From: Mobula hypostoma
Lineage: Eukaryota
Direction of reading: 5' to 3'
Assembly: GCF_963921235.1 (NCBI RefSeq)
Contig: NC_086097.1
Coordinates: forward strand, 169,510,001-169,574,000
DNA length: 64,000 nucleotides
The translations under genes and the position numbers were made by a program. The stretch's first letter is position 1; each line of letters starts with the position of its first letter. The notes below the pieces were generated by a model that was not told the DNA's origin, searched no databases, and saw nothing but the letters and a program-made list of their open reading frames with translations. Below, piece by piece: positions 61,719 to 64,000 of the stretch.

Positions 61719-64000
61719 CTTTTGCCAATGAATCGTTCACTACCAGAATACTGGTAAAACTGCATAAATGAAACTATTATTAATTCTGAATATGCCTTAT
61801 TCAGCATCCATGTTCTCTGATTTGTTGACAATACTTATTTTCACAGCTGAAATGGGTAAATTGGTTTATTAATGTCACAGGTAATGAGATGCACATTTTG
61901 CTTCCATCCATACTGATCATTTCATCACATCAGTATATCGAGGTAATGTGCAGGAAAAGCGAAACATGCATGCACAATTGCAGTGTTGCAGTTACAGAGG
62001 AAGTGCAATGGAGGCAAGAAATAAGGTGCAAAGCCTCTACTTTCTTAGGAGACTAAAGAAATTTTTCATATGTACGTTGACCCTTACCAATTTTTATCAA
62101 TCCACCATAGAAAACATTCTTTCTGGATGCATAATGGCTTGGTATGGCAACTACTTAGTGCATGATTGCAAGAAACTGTAGAGTTGTGGACATTGCTCAG
62201 CATGATTTGGAAACCAGCCTCCCCTCTTTCTCACAGCCTCAACCAGCAAAATCAAAGACCACACCCACCCTGGACATTATCTCTTCTCCCTCCTTCCATT
62301 GGGCAAAAGATACAAAAGCTTGAAAGTACTTACCACAGGCTCAAGGACAGCTCCTTTCCTGCTATAATAAGATTATTAAAAGGTTTGCTGGTTCGATAAG
62401 ATGGAAACTTGACCTCACAATCTACTTTGTTATGATCTTGCACTTTACTGTTCACCTGCTCTGTACTTTCTCTACGGCTGTTACACTTTATTCTGCATTG
62501 TTCTTGTTTTACTTTGTTCTATTTCAATACGCTGCATGGTGAATTGAACTGCATGAATGGTGTGAAATTCAAACTTTTAACTGTATCTCAGTACGTGTGA
62601 CAAAAATAAACCAATACCAATAACAATGATGAGGTAGATGTGAGGTCAAGAGTCAACCTTATCGTCCGAGAGGTTCATTCTTATAACAGTATGATAGAAA
62701 CTGTCCTTTATCTTCTGCCTGATGGGAGGACCTTAGCCGGAGAAGAGAGGGTGGGTCTTTGATAACGTGGCTACTTTCTGAGGCAGTGAGTTGTGTAAGC
62801 AGAGTCCACGGAAGGGAGACTGGTTTCCGTGATGTGCTGAACTGTGGTAAAGCCAATGAAAATTTTTTAGTTGGACTCTACTGCTGTTGCCTAGTTGTTT
62901 GATGGCACAAATATTGGTGGTTGGTTGTCGTATCCACGATGCCGGGAAACTTCCGCGGGAGAGTTTTTAAAGTGGAAAAGCCATTGAACTGGGGCAGGTA
63001 CACTCCCTTGACCTCAGAGGTCTGGGTCCAGTGCTACAAGTAGTCATCACAACTGGGGTCTTTCTTGGTTGCAGTAGAGGATCATGACTTCTTCTGTGCC
63101 TCACCATGCCCTTCGTTCTCCACAAAGTGGTGCAAGACTGCCTTCCTGGCCGTTGGATCTCATTGTTGATCTCATGCACCCAGTCCACCAGAGGTGACTT
63201 TGCATTCTAGGACAGACATGTCCCCTTCTCACTTGGGTTTGAGGTCCCCCCACTATCTTCATCTGGTTTAACTTGCCTGTCAAAGCGATGTATTGGTGGC
63301 TGGCCACTGTCACATGGAAGCCTCTGCTTGGAGCCACAGGTGAGAGCTGAGTGTTCAGAGGGGACCAAAATGAACACGGCAAGCTCCTTCACCAGAGGTG
63401 CTACCCCTCCCTGGACACCCATACACCCCACCACAAATATTACCTGCTACTTATCAGCCTATGCCTGAAAGTTGTTGAGGTCTTTTCATGCAGACTTTGC
63501 AGCTTTGTTTGCTGATGTGTTGTAAATGGAACTGAACATTGTACAAATGGTGGCAGCCATCACCACTTCTTAGCCTATGATATATGGAATATCATTGATT
63601 AAACGACTGAAGACAGTGGGCCAAAGAACTCCTGCTGTAATATTCTGAGAATGGAACGAATGACATGCAGTCAAGAGAGCCATCTTGATTTGTGAGAAAA
63701 GTGACTCCAACAAATGGTGTATCTTCCTTTTGATGCCTAGTGTTCCTTGATTTTACAATCAGTTAAATGCTGCTTTGTTGTGAGGGGCTGTCACTTTCAC
63801 TTCACCTTTAGGATTCTGTTCTTTGGCCCAAGTTTGGATTAAGGTTGTGTTAAAGGCTTGGGTGGAAAGATCCAGGCAGAACTCAAACTGAGCACTGACA
63901 AATAAATCGTTAATGAATAAGTATTGCTTTATTGTACCCTTGATCACCCCTTTCCTCACTTTGCTGATGATTTAGAGTCAATTTATTGGGCCATGAACAG

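Overview
This is eukaryotic (vertebrate) genomic DNA. The repeat content (abundant CR1 LINEs, Penelope-like elements, Rex/L2 fragments, V-SINE-like heads) suggests a cartilaginous fish, probably a ray or skate; this is an inference. The only host gene I can support is SEH1L (nucleoporin SEH1 / GATOR2 subunit) on the minus strand. It has nine coding exons from ATG 23530 to stop 6984, all with GT-AG boundaries and consistent phases (1302 nt, 433 aa). There is a second, short terminal exon near 8094 and a candidate third near 9125. A CpG-rich, promoter-like patch at about 1.9-2.2 kb may belong to the next gene. The rest is mostly transposable-element debris, often nested. Structurally notable items: a 193-bp hairpin retro-insertion with a 13-bp target-site duplication (TSD) carrying a minimal Penelope-type hammerhead ribozyme (5351-5392); a 4980-bp two-LTR Gmr1-like Gypsy element with integrase before RT and a SCAN-like gag (34650-39629); a related solo LTR 30 bp from a SEH1L splice donor; and an L1 inserted into a CR1 with a clean TSD. 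I see no evidence for a wholly new multi-gene system. The best leads are the ribozyme-bearing short element and the complex 3' end of SEH1L.
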